Assembly (NCBI RefSeq): GCF_006345805.1 | Contig: NC_043001.1 | Location: 91,202,001 to 91,266,000 of the forward strand | DNA from: Octopus sinensis | Taxonomy: Eukaryota | DNA: 64,000 bases | Direction: 5' to 3' | Shown here: positions 1 to 13,160 of the stretch, one piece after another | How the letters are laid out: each line of letters opens with the position of its first letter | Numbering within the stretch: the first letter of the stretch is position 1 | Program-made: the position numbers and the translations under genes | Notes under the pieces: generated by a model | The model's database searches: none | Told to the model about the DNA's origin: nothing | Seen by the model: the letters and a program-made list of their open reading frames with translations, nothing else

Positions 1-149
1 TATCACATTATCGAAATCTCAAAGCTACAAGATAATCCATGATTTGATTCAAAACAATGTGAATAAATAAGCATTATATTTGACCGTATAATCTGGATGC
101 TAAAGTATGATGGGCCATTTCAACAATATAACTCACCTAAGTTGGTCCC

Positions 150-1012
150 TCTGTTCAGCCTACATGGGATAGACCCTCTTTTTCCCTACATTCTCCACAT
201 TCTGCAGTCTGTTGTAACATTTTGAAATCTTTTCTCATCATCATTGATGAGGATAAGTTCATCTCCGTCATTTGGATTACTCTGACATACTGATTTGCAA
301 TCTGGGGGTACATCATGCCTTTAATCCTCACATTGTGGAACATTGGCAAACCTCTTGTTTTTAGCTTCTCTCTGTGCTATATATAACTGTTAATTAGCTG
401 TTCTTCTAGCTAGTCAGCATATTGTTCTTTCTTACCATTTTCTTTGTCTTTCTGAGCAATTCTCTTAGCCTTTATAGTTCTAACTATATTATTATTCCAG
501 TAACATCTCACTTTGTTTGATTGCTCCAACCATTGACTTGGTTATCTGATGGAAACTCCCAGTTGTCCTCTACATTATAAGCCCGTATCTCCTCTTTTTT
601 GCTGTAAATGTCACCTAGAACCTCGTAAAACCTACTGAGGGTTCTTTCAGCTTCCTTTTGGAGAAGAAAGGTGTAAAAACTGAAGGAACCTTTGTGTATT
701 GCTTACTCAGCTCTTATCTTTATCGAGTGGCATAGTTTTCTCTGGTGAAAGACTTAGCATTTGCAACTCTGTAGCTTTTATGTTTATTGGTGAGCATGAA
801 GTCTCTCCAGCTTATGTGTTCACCTGATTAGTAGGTGATTAAATGATTGGCTGATTACCTTTGCAGATGGCTATGTTATTTGTGTCCCAACGCTAAGCCT
901 CAATCCATCCTCATATCCATAACCATCATGTTCTCTGGTGTAGCTATCACAGTGCTGCACAATATATCCATTAAAGTCACCAGCCATGATAATTATCCTT
1001 CTTTGGACGTTA
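150..1012 (-). mobile_element. Decayed RTE-type LINE fragment (APE endonuclease region)
   Basis: Minus-strand translation near 900-1010 gives IIIMAGDFNGY...HDGYGY, an APE endonuclease motif; many stops and frameshifts. Confidence 0.6.
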
Positions 1013-1421
1013 TTACTTTTTAGGTATAATATCTCTCTCTTCTACATTTCTCCCCCTCCTCTCTCTCTCTCTCACACATTGACATGAAAATTGGATATAT
1101 GTTTCTGTGAATGCATGTTTATTTAATATACTTATATATACACACATAAATACAAGAGACTGCAAGCTTTTGCTTGAGAGAAAATCCTTTTTTAATGCAC
1201 AAATATACATAGAAAATTTCTGGAAAATGTTAAATTTATCAGCATTTTAATTTTTTTTTTAACTAAATGCATGTTAAATTTAGATAATGATAATTTTTCA
1301 CTCTGATAATGTCAATTGTTATTTGAGTTTTTCCGTATGCTATTTAATCAAGTGTTGCTGTTTTTTAAAAATCTTTTGATCAATAAAACTGGAAATTATG
1401 CAAGTTTAAGCTGTTGTTTAA

Positions 1422-1641
1422 CCCTTTTGATACTAACTCACCCTAAAATGTCTCTTTGTGGTACAAAGCCACTTACTTTAAACTGATCACTATATTTAAA
1501 TTGTATATCATAATTTTATATTAGAACTTTTTTTTAAAATTATACATGAATATTAATAATGAAAATCCTCTAAACTCTTTGATTACTGAAAAAAATAATT
1601 TGACCACAATATATTTCATTTGAATTATGGTCCCAAAAGGG
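1422..1641. mobile_element. piggyBac-type MITE (~220 bp)
   Basis: TTAA|CCCTTTTG ... CAAAAGGG|TTAA termini with TTAA on both sides. Confidence 0.7.
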
Positions 1642-1988
1642 TTAATATGTAGAATAGTCATTCTAAATTCTTTTGGCTTTGTCATGTGCTGGAGATCAAA
1701 TAAAAAATTTAGTTACTCACTTTGCATGGAAAGCTAAAAGTTACTGTTGTGCTTCACATGGAAAGTTAAAGAAAATTTTTTCAAAGTTAAAAATTTAGAA
1801 GAAATCTAGTAAACTGAAACATGTGATCTAGATAAATTTACAGCTATTTGTCATCTTTTTAGAAATGATGCACTTTATTCTTTAGACAACTCTGTGAAGT
1901 AGAAATTTAAACCACTACATTTAACTTATTAGAGTACAGGCATTGCCTTCCTGATTTGCAGATAACATATTTGCTGAATAGTTAATTA

Positions 1989-2027
<39 letters not shown>

Positions 2028-2138
2028 ACTGTGTATTGCTGAATACCTGGAACTTGTATAATGTAGATAGCTGTAGATTTATCTGTTATACATGTTTCAG
2101 GTATTCTGATTTACAGTGTTCTATATATACTAATTATA

Positions 2139-2470
2139 GGCACAGGCTTAACTGTGTGGTAAGAAGCTTGCTTTCCAACTACACGATTCCACATTCTGTC
2201 TCATTGCATGGGGCACATTGGGCAAGTGTCTTCCATAGCCTCATGCTGACCAAAACCTTATAAGTTGATTTGGTAGATGGAAACTGAAAAAAGCCCATTG
2301 TATATGAGTGTGTAGCCACCTCTTGACAACTGGTGTTGGTGTATTTACATCCCTGTAACTTGGTTCAGCAAAAAGGAGTGATAGAAAAAATATCAGGGAT
2401 CAATTCATTCTACTAAAAATCTCTTCAAGGCAATGTGCTATGCTGGGGCAATGAAACAAGTAAAAGATAA
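2139..2470 (+). mobile_element. tRNA-derived SINE family 1, diverged copy
   Basis: Head ggcacaggc...tgtgtggtaagaagcttgc, gggcaagtgtctt segment and gaaacaagtaaaaga tail shared with many copies in the window. Confidence 0.75.
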
Positions 2471-2499
2471 TTAATTAACTATTAATTGAAGTTCCCCAG

Positions 2500-3110
2500 T
2501 GCACTCTGCTGTGGAATGTCATTGAAACAAATGGAGAAGTTTCAGTATCTCAGAGCTGTATTCATGAGTGATGGTGAGTGGGAGGTTGAATTTGATGCTA
2601 GAATTGCAGGTGCTGGCACAGTAATGCACCAGCTGCAGCATTTAGGCCTCACAAGATGAGAGGTAAGTCAAAAAGCACAACTGTCTTCAATTTGGTTTCC
2701 ATGCCTATCCTCACCTATGATCATGAATGTTGAGTATCAACTTAAAAGAGTATGATTGCAAATGCAAGCAGCCAAAATGGGATTCCACTGAAGGATCTCT
2801 GGAGTAATGTTATTTGACAGGTTGCATAGCATCGAGATCAGAGTCTCTCTCCAGGTTGTGCTACTACTACTACTCTACACCCACAGCTCTGGTGCTCTGG
2901 ACATGGGATTAGAATGTCACAGAAATAATCACCAGGTGGATTCTTAAAGCTGAGCCAACTGGTAGGTGACCTAAGAGTACACCAAGAATGAGATGGTTAG
3001 TCACTTGGGAATCCATCTGGAAAGTCTAATGATTCTTGCTTCTGATACAACCCTATAGAAAGGGTGTCTGAAGACACTACCCCAGTGATAATGGATGGAG
3101 AAGATGAATA
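2500..3110 (+). mobile_element. RTE LINE 3' fragment (RT C-terminal region)
   Basis: Translates in pieces as LKQMEKFQYL and PILTYDHEC, typical of the RTE RT C-terminus; degenerate. Confidence 0.65.
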
Positions 3111-3239
3111 AGGGAAGATTGTTAATATCATATCCTGATAGAGTTTACATTATAGCTCTCTGAGCGATTGAAGAACATCATCCTCAAAACAAATCTGTAA
3201 GAGGTTCCCAGTTATTTTTCTGCTCTTGGGGATCTTTTT

Positions 3240-3640
3240 TTTTTCTTTTTTAAAGCCTGGTACTTATTTTGTTGGTCTCTTTTGCTGAACTGCTAAGTTA
3301 CAGGGACATAAGCACACCGACACCATTATCAAGTAGTTGTGGAACACAAATGCTAAGTCTTTCACCAGAGAAAACTATGCCACTCGATAAAGATAAGAGC
3401 TGAGTAAGCAATACACAAAGGTTCCTTCAGTTTTTACACCTTTCTCTCCCCCTCTCTCTCTCTCTATATATATATATTTACACACACTCACACACCACAA
3501 GCTTTTTGCAGTTTCTCTCTCCCAAATCCACTCACAAGGCTTTGGTTGGCCCGAAGCAATAGTAGAAAACTCTTGTCCAAAGTGCCATGCAGTGGGATTG
3601 AACCCAGAACCATGTAGCTGGGTTAACAAACTTGCTGCCA
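3240..3640 (-). mobile_element. SINE family 1 copy carrying a 99-bp insertion
   Basis: Reverse-complement SINE body and head; 3347-3445 is an exact inverted copy of 665-763. Confidence 0.75.
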
Positions 3641-6015
3641 GGATATTTTCATCCCTCTGTAATCTCTGAAACCAAGACCTTCAGAATTAAATCATAACCT
3701 GATTTATTCACATTGTGCAGGTTTCAAATTTTTGCATTGTTCTATATATTATCAAACAACTATTGCTTATCTTGTCTTCTTCATCATACTTGTGTATAAT
3801 AAAATTCTAGCATGTTTTTTTTTAAGAAGTATGAATTTTCTAGTGCCTTTAATTGTATTTTCAAAAATCCTCAGTACGCCTATTGTTGCGCACACTGTGA
3901 GAATCAGTAATTTTTTAGGCTCTCTTATTGCATCATGAAATTTATAGTTGTAAATATATGTTGGCTTGCTGACTGTAAATTTGGTATGGAAACATACTCT
4001 GATGGATATTTTTGCAAATGGTTTCTTCAGTCATTCTGTTGGGGACAGCCTTTCTAGCATTAGTGGTATGATAAAATGCACCAAGCACACTGTGGAAAGT
4101 GGTGATAGGAAAAGCATCCAATATTGGAAATGTCCAAAAATGAAATGTATGAATGAGACGTGGGTCCTGTAAGCTGCACCAGTCTACTCAGCCCATTCAA
4201 AAAGGCAATGATTCTGATTAAGAACTGATGCTGTGTAGAGGGGGGCATCTTTAGTTCACTTGCATAGGATAACCTATTTAGTGCAGGTGGCATGTATACA
4301 CTGTAAGACACACAACTACTAACTTGTCTGATTTTCTCTGTGTATGTAAGATTAAGATCTTGATGAATGTTGTGACCTGTCCAACCCATGCTGACATTAA
4401 AAAGTAGATGGAAAATAGGATTCATTATTTTCTTTTCCTTTTTTTTTTCATTTTAAACATTTTATAATTAATCATTATTGTTAATGGTAGTATTCATTAA
4501 ACCTCTTCTAAAACTTCAGTTCATGCAAAATATTTAATCTTTTAATAATCTACAATGCACTGCTAAAACTGAAACGTATGATCCTCTGGCCTTCCTGTAA
4601 TAACCTAAATTATAGTGACCTGTTCAACCCTTGCCAGCATGAAAGGTAGGCGTAAAATGATGATGCACTCTAAGGCCTGCAATTATCTGTTTCCATAATG
4701 TTTTAAAAGAGACAAATCTCCTTCTGGCTAGACTGCTAGTATAACATTGGCTAATTTTCCCTGGTTGACTGCTATGTATTTTCAATAATTTCATGTATCT
4801 CCACTTGGACGCAGAAGAAGGATCTTACTATAAGATAATAAGATGGAATACTTACAATACATAGTCTGTTAACTGGTTGGCTTGTTATCTCTGTCTTCAG
4901 TAACTTAACTTGATAATGAAAATTGCCACAATTAAAACAAATACAATCTAGTTAAATACACATTTCTATGGCATTATTGAACCTGATCGTTTAAATATAA
5001 ATCCAGAAAATATAGGAAATCCTGACAAGATGTGATTGGTTCTCTCTGATTTCAACAAGTACAGTTAGGTAAATGTTTACGTTGTAGTTCTGTGCTGCTC
5101 ATTAGCCAGATATGTTTTATACAGACATAATAAAGAAAATAATGTCTGTACTTAGAAACTTAGAAGGGCAGCATTGATTATTTACTTTTCCTTTACTTTG
5201 AATTCTATATAAAAAATTTTAAAAAATAAAAAAAGAACTGATTTGCTTCCATTGATTGCTGTATTGATCAAGTGTAATCTCTACGAAGCTATTCATGTGA
5301 GCTGCAATGGAGAACACCAACTGTAATTGTTTAGTGTATTGCTTTAAACTGATCTTCCATTTATTCATTGCAAGCTTCTTTTGAAGTTTGTGTTCTGTAG
5401 ATTTTTTTTTTTCTAAGTGGTATTGAGGTTCATAATATCATCCTCCATCTTTTATTTTTTGTGATAAATTTTGAATATTCTTACGTAGCTGCTAGAATTA
5501 TCCTAGAAACAACCATTAGAATCCCCAAAAAGATTTTTACAATTAATAAACTGTCTTGATAGAGCAACAAGAGCAAAATGATAAGAAAGGTGTGTCTTGT
5601 ATTTAAATTAGCTTCACATTTTATGTTACAAATATCTAAAGCACTGAACCTACTATAAGATTATTTTAAGAAATTTAGAGAAACAATTTGATTTTTATGT
5701 TTTCTGTCTTTTGACAATGTAGTTCTAGGCTTTAGGTATAGAAGCTGTAGTAGACAATTGTATATATATCCTATAGAAGTAGTGGCAGACAGCTATAAAA
5801 TATATCTTTATAAAGACAGCTAATTGCTTAGCCTTTTAAAAGGTAGCTAACATAAAATGGAATATATTAGATCATAACACACACACACACGTGTATGTAT
5901 ACATTGTCTTTCAGTCTGTCTGTCTGTGTATAATGTGTGTTATATACGTGTATGTGTGTATGTATATATGTATGTGTGTGTCTGTGTGCACACATATTAG
6001 AGTGTGTGTGTGTGT

Positions 6016-6310
6016 AGGCACATGGCTTAGTGGTCAGATTGTTGCACTCTGATCATGAATCATTGTTTTGATTCTTACATCAAGTAGTGCATTGTGTTCT
6101 TGAGCAAAAGCACTTCATCTCACGTTGCTCTATGGTCATTTCGACATGTGGCACACTTGCACTTCTGTGGGTAATGTTGATTTGATGGAGGAAGAGAGCT
6201 AATGTACAGCACAAGCATTTAATTGCTATAAACAATCTATGCAACTGAAACTCTTGAAGGCGGTGCCCTGGCATGGCCACAGTCTAATGACTGAAACAAG
6301 TAAAAGATAT
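6016..6310 (+). mobile_element. SINE with a different tRNA-like head but the family-1 tail
   Basis: ggcacatggcttagtggt head; ends gcatggccacagtctaatgactgaaacaagtaaaaga; flanked by (TG)n. Confidence 0.6.
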
Positions 6311-6315
6311 ATACA

Positions 6316-6324
6316 AATGTGTGT

Positions 6325-6376
<52 letters not shown>

Positions 6377-6402
6377 GTTTGTGTTGTGTGTGTGTGTGTG
6401 TA
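6316..6402. repeat. (TG)n microsatellite
   Basis: Direct reading of the sequence. Confidence 0.95.
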
Positions 6403-7319
6403 TATGATTTTATCAAGTCTTCCATTTGGATTCTCTTTTTCAGTATGATGAGAAATGAATTTTTCAGAAGTAAATTATCTTCCACTGTTCCCAATGATAA
6501 ATGGTTACATTCTCTCTATTTGTCTTTTCTGTATTTCTTAACCTTTCAAAACTTATTTAAATGTTAAAGGCATTCCCAACTTAAATGCTTACATCTATAT
6601 TTACTTATTTATATTTGCTATGTAAAAATCTGTAGTTCTTGAACGAAGCAACACACATAAAATGATGAAGAGATTCTTGTTTCTTAACAAAATACCTTGT
6701 ATTTCATAATGTGACGAAAGATTCTCTTGTTTGTCTTTGCCCTACTTTAAAAAAAAACAAGAAAAAAGTTAATGTACTGGGTCTACATTGAAGTGGATAA
6801 CCCAGTGTTTTATAATATTCTGATAACTCAGTTTGTGATTTGTGAATTTCTAGGTTATTTTTCAGAGGAATTGGAGAGAGTTGAGAAATGTTAGACTTAA
6901 AGCTTTTATCTTAGTGATGTTTGGAGGTTTTGTTTATATGGCCAGAATGTGCTAGATTTCCATAAACTACTCAGAAATGTAGTGAAGAGGTTAATTTTGT
7001 TGATGTCTATTTTTATGTTGTTAATCTGTGAACATTTTTGTTGAACTGTATGACAACATTGTATCTTAAAGTAGTGATTTGTATCAACTGCTGTTGTACT
7101 GTAAAGTATAATTAAGAAAGTGACGAATTTCTAATGAGTGGTTACTTCTAAGTACACTTCAGAAGTAGAATGTTTTGGCAATAATGGCAAAGACTCACCT
7201 AAAAACTTTAAACTTTTGCATAAATAAGCAATCAAAAAACTTTTTTAATTGTTTTTGGTAACGGGTCCTTTTCAGGAGTTTTGAAACTTAAAGCTACAGT
7301 TGGATTAATAGATTGTTTC

Positions 7320-7530
7320 TTTCTACTATAGGCACAGGGCCTGAAATTTGAGAGTAGGTTAGTAGTTGATTACATTGACCACAGTGTTCAACTGGTACTT
7401 ATTTTATCAACTCCAAATGGATGAAAAGCAAAGCCAATTTTGGCAGAATTTGTACTCAGAACATAAAGCTGGTAGAAATGCCATAAAGCATTCTGTCCCA
7501 TGTGCCAACGATTCTGTCAGCTCACTACCT
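7320..7530 (-). mobile_element. tRNA-derived SINE family 2 copy
   Basis: Reverse complement of gagctgacagaatcgttggcac...ctgagtacaaattctgcc...gataaaataagtaccagt. Confidence 0.75.
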
Positions 7531-8162
7531 TAACATTTGAGTTAATATTACGATTGATAATATTAATTCCAAATTACAAGAAGTAAATAATATAAAACTT
7601 CAATATCATATTAAAGTTACTTTCAGTCATCTACACTCTGCTCTGGCTGGTAGTACTTCTAGTTTTACTACTTTAACATTTTTTAGTTTAATCTATGACA
7701 TTTTGAACCCCTATCCTTAATTCTACCATTTATTTTATCAATTTTCTGTTTGCTTTTTAATTATTGCCTAATTAAATAACTTAGTACTTGCTTAATTATT
7801 ATAAACTTTGGACATTGGATACCACAGAATAATTTTTTACTCAGCATGTATAAAAGTTCTAAAAATCATTTTGCAAAATATAAAGTTTCCGCATCAGAAA
7901 TGAATTGTATTTAAACTGAAACTTTACATGTTATTTAAAAAATGTCTTTTTTTCTTTGAAGTGGTACTTGAAGGTAAGTAAAAAAAAATAAAAAATAATA
8001 ATAAATAAAGCTAATGTAGCAATTGTACAAGTGTGGTTTATACTGATGTCTATTAAATAATAATTATGCCTGTTGTCTTTGATGTTACTAAAATGCTTTA
8101 TAGCTATTTTTAGCTTCATCTATCTATATAAGTTGTGTATTTTCAATTTGTATCTATTTCAG

Positions 8163-8573
8163 CCACAAGTAATATTCCACTGTCGAGTCCTCAGAGCAAT
8201 GGAGATTTCGTACCTAAAGGCAGTGTCACTCAGACTGCTGTATCCAAGATTGACACAATTCGCTCATGGAGCTTGAATACATACAAATGTACTCGTCAAC
8301 TTTTATCTGAAAAATTTGGCAAGGGTTCGCGAACTGTAGATCTGGAGTTGGAAACTCAGATCGAAGCTTTGCGTGAAACACAACGCAAATATTGCAACAT
8401 TTTGCGTTTGGCACGTTCTCTAACCAATCATTTCTATTATGTGGTGCAAACTCAAAAAGCCCTTGGAGAATCTTTCTCTGAGTTAGCTGCAAAATCTCCA
8501 GATCTCCAGGAGGAATTTACTTACAATTCTGAAACACAGAGAACACTAAGTAGAAATGGTGAAGTACTATTGG
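8163..8573 (+). CDS. ARFIP2: Arfaptin (AH/BAR domain) internal coding exon
   Basis: tttcAG acceptor at 8161-8162, GTAAGT donor at 8574; encodes [42 protein letters not shown], the arfaptin signature. Upstream exons not identified. Confidence 0.95.
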
Positions 8574-8756
8574 GTAAGTAAATTATTAACTTGTTCCTGT
8601 TATTTTATATTTTTGTTACAGTATGTAATTAAAATTGTAGTTTAACACTTGAGTTTACTTCTAAAATTTTTTTTTGTCTGGAAACTGTTATGAAGTGACT
8701 GGATTGTTTTATGGACTTGTTTCTATGGCCTTTTTATCTTTGTCTCTTCTTTCTAG

Positions 8757-8850
8757 GTGCCATGAATTTTTTTACTTCTTCTGTGAACACACTATGCAAT
8801 AAAACTATGGAAGACACTCTACTTACAATAAAACAGTATGAAAATGCTAG
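8757..8850 (+). CDS. ARFIP2: Arfaptin coding exon
   Basis: ttctAG acceptor, GTTAGT donor; [32 protein letters not shown]; phases match both neighbours. Confidence 0.95.
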
Positions 8851-9324
8851 GTTAGTTAATGATGTTCTAATTATTGCTTTTTGTATTTTATTTATTTTCT
8901 ATTTTAGAAATGCACTGAATTATCGTAATCTAGCTAACATTTGAAGATTTTCAATTTCTTTGCCAATATTTCATGTCATTGTTGAGTGCAGCTCATTGTT
9001 TTCTTCTCACTGCTAACTGCACGTGAGTATAGTCCATAATTGTAAAATACTAATTGCTATGTAACTAACAAATGTATTTTATTAGTTTATAGTGTTAATC
9101 CTTGAGCCTCCCATGGGAAGAAAATCATCATTGTAAACATTATAAAAGCTACAATATACTCAAGCATACTTTACTGTGTGGGATGTTTTCAGAGAAGTGT
9201 GGTTTACTGTGGAATTAGTAAATGAAAGATTATAGTAAAATTAAGTTCATTTTTCTGTTATTCATAAAAAGAAAATTTCCAGTTTAGAAACTTGGGTTTT
9301 CATTTCAGAACCTTTACTAGTTAA

Positions 9325-9535
9325 GTCTTTTGTTACCTTAATTCTGTTGAATTACAGTGCCATTGTTTCAATTCATTTCGAAAATAATGAAGGATTTGGT
9401 AAAATAATTTGGTCATTATTGTTTGGGATATAAACTAACCTAAAATTTTGATGGAAGTCTTAATTTAGATCATTTTAGAACAAGAAGCTTGTCATAAACC
9501 CAAGGGCAGCCTCAGGTAGGTTGGTATCAAAAGGG
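9325..9535. mobile_element. piggyBac-type MITE
   Basis: TTAA|gtcttttgttacc ... ggtatcaaaaggg|TTAA; same family as 32530-32735. Confidence 0.65.
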
Positions 9536-9908
9536 TTAATTAAAAATTTTGGCTTACATGTTACTGCAATTTGAACAATTGATAATTTTATTATAGGGTG
9601 GCAAAATCTAGAAACCTGTTCATATTGATTACTTAAATTCCATGCAATACATTTGCAATGCCTTAGATTAGCAAGACTGCAGGACTGGAAAAGTGGCTTC
9701 ACTCTAAATTTGCTATTACATTACGATTATATGATAGGATGGGTAGCATCATTAAAATGCATACTCTCTAGCAATATATGTAAATGTAGATATTTGTAGA
9801 ACTAGTCAAACATGTCTAGTTTGTTTTGTTGATTATGGTTATATTTAAACCTAAATCATTTCGTGTTGGAATTGTTAGTTGTTTTTATCTATGATTTTCT
9901 TTTTCCAG

Positions 9909-10083
9909 ACTGGAATATGATGCATATAGAAATGACCTTGAGTTTGCTCAAATGGGACCACGAGATAGCAATTCTATACCCAAAGTTGAAGATGCCAAGA
10001 CCAAGTTTGAAGAACATAAACAAAAATATGAATCTCTACGTGCTGATGTAGCCATCAAGCTAAATTTTTTGGAAGAAAATAAG
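9909..10083 (+). CDS. ARFIP2: Arfaptin coding exon (missed by the ORF track)
   Basis: ttccAG acceptor, GTAAGA donor; LEYDAYRNDLEFAQMGPRD...KYESLRADVAIKLNFLEENK. Confidence 0.95.
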
Positions 10084-10186
10084 GTAAGATAACAGTTTGA
10101 TTCCTAAAAAAAATTTCAAATGAAAAAACAATCGAGTTAGGTGTGTTGCACTTGCACAAAAGTTATGACACAAGGAATTAACGCAT

Positions 10187-10470
10187 CCATCATCATCATC
10201 GGTTAATGTCTGCTTTCCATGCTAGCATGGGTTGGACGATTTTAACTGAGGACTGGCAAACCAGATGGCTGCACCAGGCTCCAATCTTGATCTGGCAGTG
10301 CTTCTACAGCTGGATGCCCTTCCTAACACCAACCACTCCGAGAGTGTAAGGGTGCTTTTACGTGCCACCAGCATGAGAGCCAGTCAAGCGGTACTGGCAG
10401 CGGCTACCCTCAAATGGTGTTTTTTACATGCCACCTGCACAGGAGCCAGTCCAGCGTCACTGGCAGCGGC
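10187..10470 (-). mobile_element. SINE family 3 ((GAT)n tail)
   Basis: (CAT)n then gctttccatgctagcatgggttggac...gctggatgcccttcctaac; related copies near 23786, 28330, 32110, 52370. Confidence 0.7.
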
Positions 10471-11052
10471 TAATTAATCTAATACTGAAAATATTACAAG
10501 TTATGTATTTTCAATTTATTATTTACCCTATGATCCTCCACACTTTTCTCTCCCTTCTTTGACTCTCTCAAGATTCCTCTCTATCCTAGTAAGTATTCCT
10601 TTTCCCTCATTCCTTCTCTCTATAGTCACCTATTATAGTGTTGGATAGCCCTAACCTCTCCTTACACAATCACCCTATCTCCCTTTCATCTTTTTCCCTC
10701 CCTTTTTCTCAATCCTTTCATTCTCCCCTGTTCGCTGCTGTACTCCTCCATTTTCTCCTCTTATTTACCCTCCCTTATCTTTGTACCTTGGCTCATTGCC
10801 CGCTCTCTCTCTTTTTTGCTCTCCTTCAGTTATTGTGACCACATTTGACCAATGATGCGGCAATCATTATTTAGTGTGGGTGCCACAAAGAAAGCACCCA
10901 GTGCAATCTGTGATTGGCATTAATAAATGCATCCAGGCATAGAAACCATACCAAAGTACACATTGGTGCATGGCACAGCCCTCCACCTTGTCAGATCCTG
11001 TCAAACTGCCCAGCTCATGCCAGCACGGAAGCTGAATGTTAAATAATAATAA

Positions 11053-11756
11053 TCCTTTTTATTATTTGTACAAAGCCTGGATTTTTGTGGGGATGGGGAC
11101 AATCAATCACATCCCCAGTACTTAACTGGTACTTAATTTAATGACCCTGAAAGGAGGAAAAGCAAAGTCGACTTCAGCAGAATTTGAACTCAGAATGTAG
11201 TGACAGATGAAATACTACCAAGCATTTCACCCAGCATTCTAACAATTCTGTCAGCTCGTTACCCTAATAATAATAACAGTAGTAATGATAATATTAATAA
11301 TGATTTCAAATTTTTCCACAAGGGCAGCATTTTTGGGGAAGGATTGAGTTGATTACATCAATCCCCCACCCCACCCCAGTGTTCAACTGGTACTTTTATA
11401 TTGGTCCTGAAAGGATGAAAGATAAAGTTTCCCTCAGTAGAATTTGAATTCAGAATATGGCAATGGGCGAAATACTGCTAAGCATTTCACCTGGCACACT
11501 TACAATTCTACCAGCTCATTAGTAGTAAATAGATAGTGGATTGGTAGAATTGTTAGAGCTTTGGGTGAAATGACTTGTAGAACTTGTTCCAGCTCTTTAT
11601 GTTCTGGGTTCAAATCCTTCCAAAGTCAACATTGCTTATCATCTTTTTGGGTTGATGAACAAAGTGCTACTAAAGTACTGGGGTCAATCTAATCGGCTAA
11701 TCCTTTCCTTTACAACTTCAGGCCTTGTTTCTGCCTTAGAACCCAGTATTATTATT

Positions 11757-11791
<35 letters not shown>

Positions 11792-12228
11792 TGAAGGTGG
11801 TGAGCTGGCAGAGTCATTAGCATGCCAGGCAAAACGCTTAATGGTATTTCATCTGTCACTATGTTCTGAGTTCAAATTCTGCCTTTTGACTTTGCCTTTC
11901 ATTCTTTTGGGGTTGATAAATTAAGTACTGGTGAAACACTGGGGTCGATGTAATTGACTAGTCCCCCTCCCCAAATTCCAGGCCTCATGTCTATGGTAGA
12001 AAGGATTATTATTATTATTTTCATTGAAGGTGGTGAGCTGGTAGAGTTGTTAGCATGCCAGGCAAAATGCTTAGTGGTATTTCGTCTGTTGCTATGTTCT
12101 GAGTTCAAATTCTGCTGAGGTCAACTTTACCTTTCATTGATAAATTAAGTACTAGTGAAACACTGGGCTTGATGTGATTTAGTCCCCTCCCACAAAACTT
12201 CAGGCCTTGTGCCTATAATAGAAAGCAC

Positions 12229-12275
<47 letters not shown>
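11053..12275. mobile_element. Cluster of five SINE family 2 copies (2 minus, 3 plus) separated by (AAT)n/(ATT)n/(ATC)n
   Basis: Repeated gagctggcagaat...ctgagttcaaattc...gataaattaagtac units in both orientations. Confidence 0.8.
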
Positions 12276-12276
<1 letters not shown>

Positions 12277-13160
12277 AAATACTCCTGACTATTTTTATGT
12301 TTTGCAACTGAGTCCTAAGTCTGAAACTGAAGCCAAACTAAGCTGTTACTGTTTATTTTGCTATGTGTATTGCTTAGTGATAATAGATATCCTGATGAAA
12401 GTTATTGAATTCTTATCATTATGACTGTACCTAGTGAAGCAGATCAGCAATAGGACATATTCCATCACATACAATGTATTGCTTGAACTTGCTCTTTACA
12501 GAGGCAGTGTATTTTTTTGTTTAGTTTATGAAGCCACTGCATATTATTTCACATATTTCGTCTTTATAAATAAAATATTGTCCTTTTTACAAACACTATT
12601 GCATAAAACATTCAAGTTTATCCTGCTTCAGTCCCCATAGTAAGCCTCTCTCATACAAATTGTTGCTTTACTATCCATGTGATGGCCATGGCTCCTTGGC
12701 TTCTCATGGAGTCACAGAGGTGCAATCATGACATATGGTGTATCCTGGGCATTTGAAGATCTGTTGGAGCCCATTCCTCGCTAGGTCTGACCACAGTCAA
12801 TTTCTTCCAGGAAGAGAGAGATAAACAGAATGAAAGAGAGAGAGAAAAGGAGAGAATTTACCCCATACAGGTCTTAGTTCCTCCTGCTCCTAACGGAACA
12901 TTGGGTGATGAGCTGCCTCCACTGAGTGCAATCTATTACAGCTGCTTTTGCATCATTCTAGGTCTATTGCTGTTCCTGTAAGTCCTCATGGACCTGTTTT
13001 TGGGTGGTCTTCCTCTCCCTTGTTTACTACCAGCTGATGTCCTTGTCAACCCCAGTACAGGACTGGTACTTTATTTATTGATCCCCAAAAGGGTGAAAGG
13101 CATAGTTGACCGTGACAGGGTTTCATCTCAGAAAACAAACAGCTGGAATGAATACCTTAA

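Noticed and set aside
6237-6567. ORFs rich in HT/CV repeats (also ~15645-15944, 58403-58801, 61170-61519, 62083-62433)
   Set aside because: Translations of microsatellites and SINE family 1, not genes.
4800-7300. Possible upstream arfaptin exons
   Set aside because: No convincing open, phase-1-ending exon with good splice sites was found by eye.
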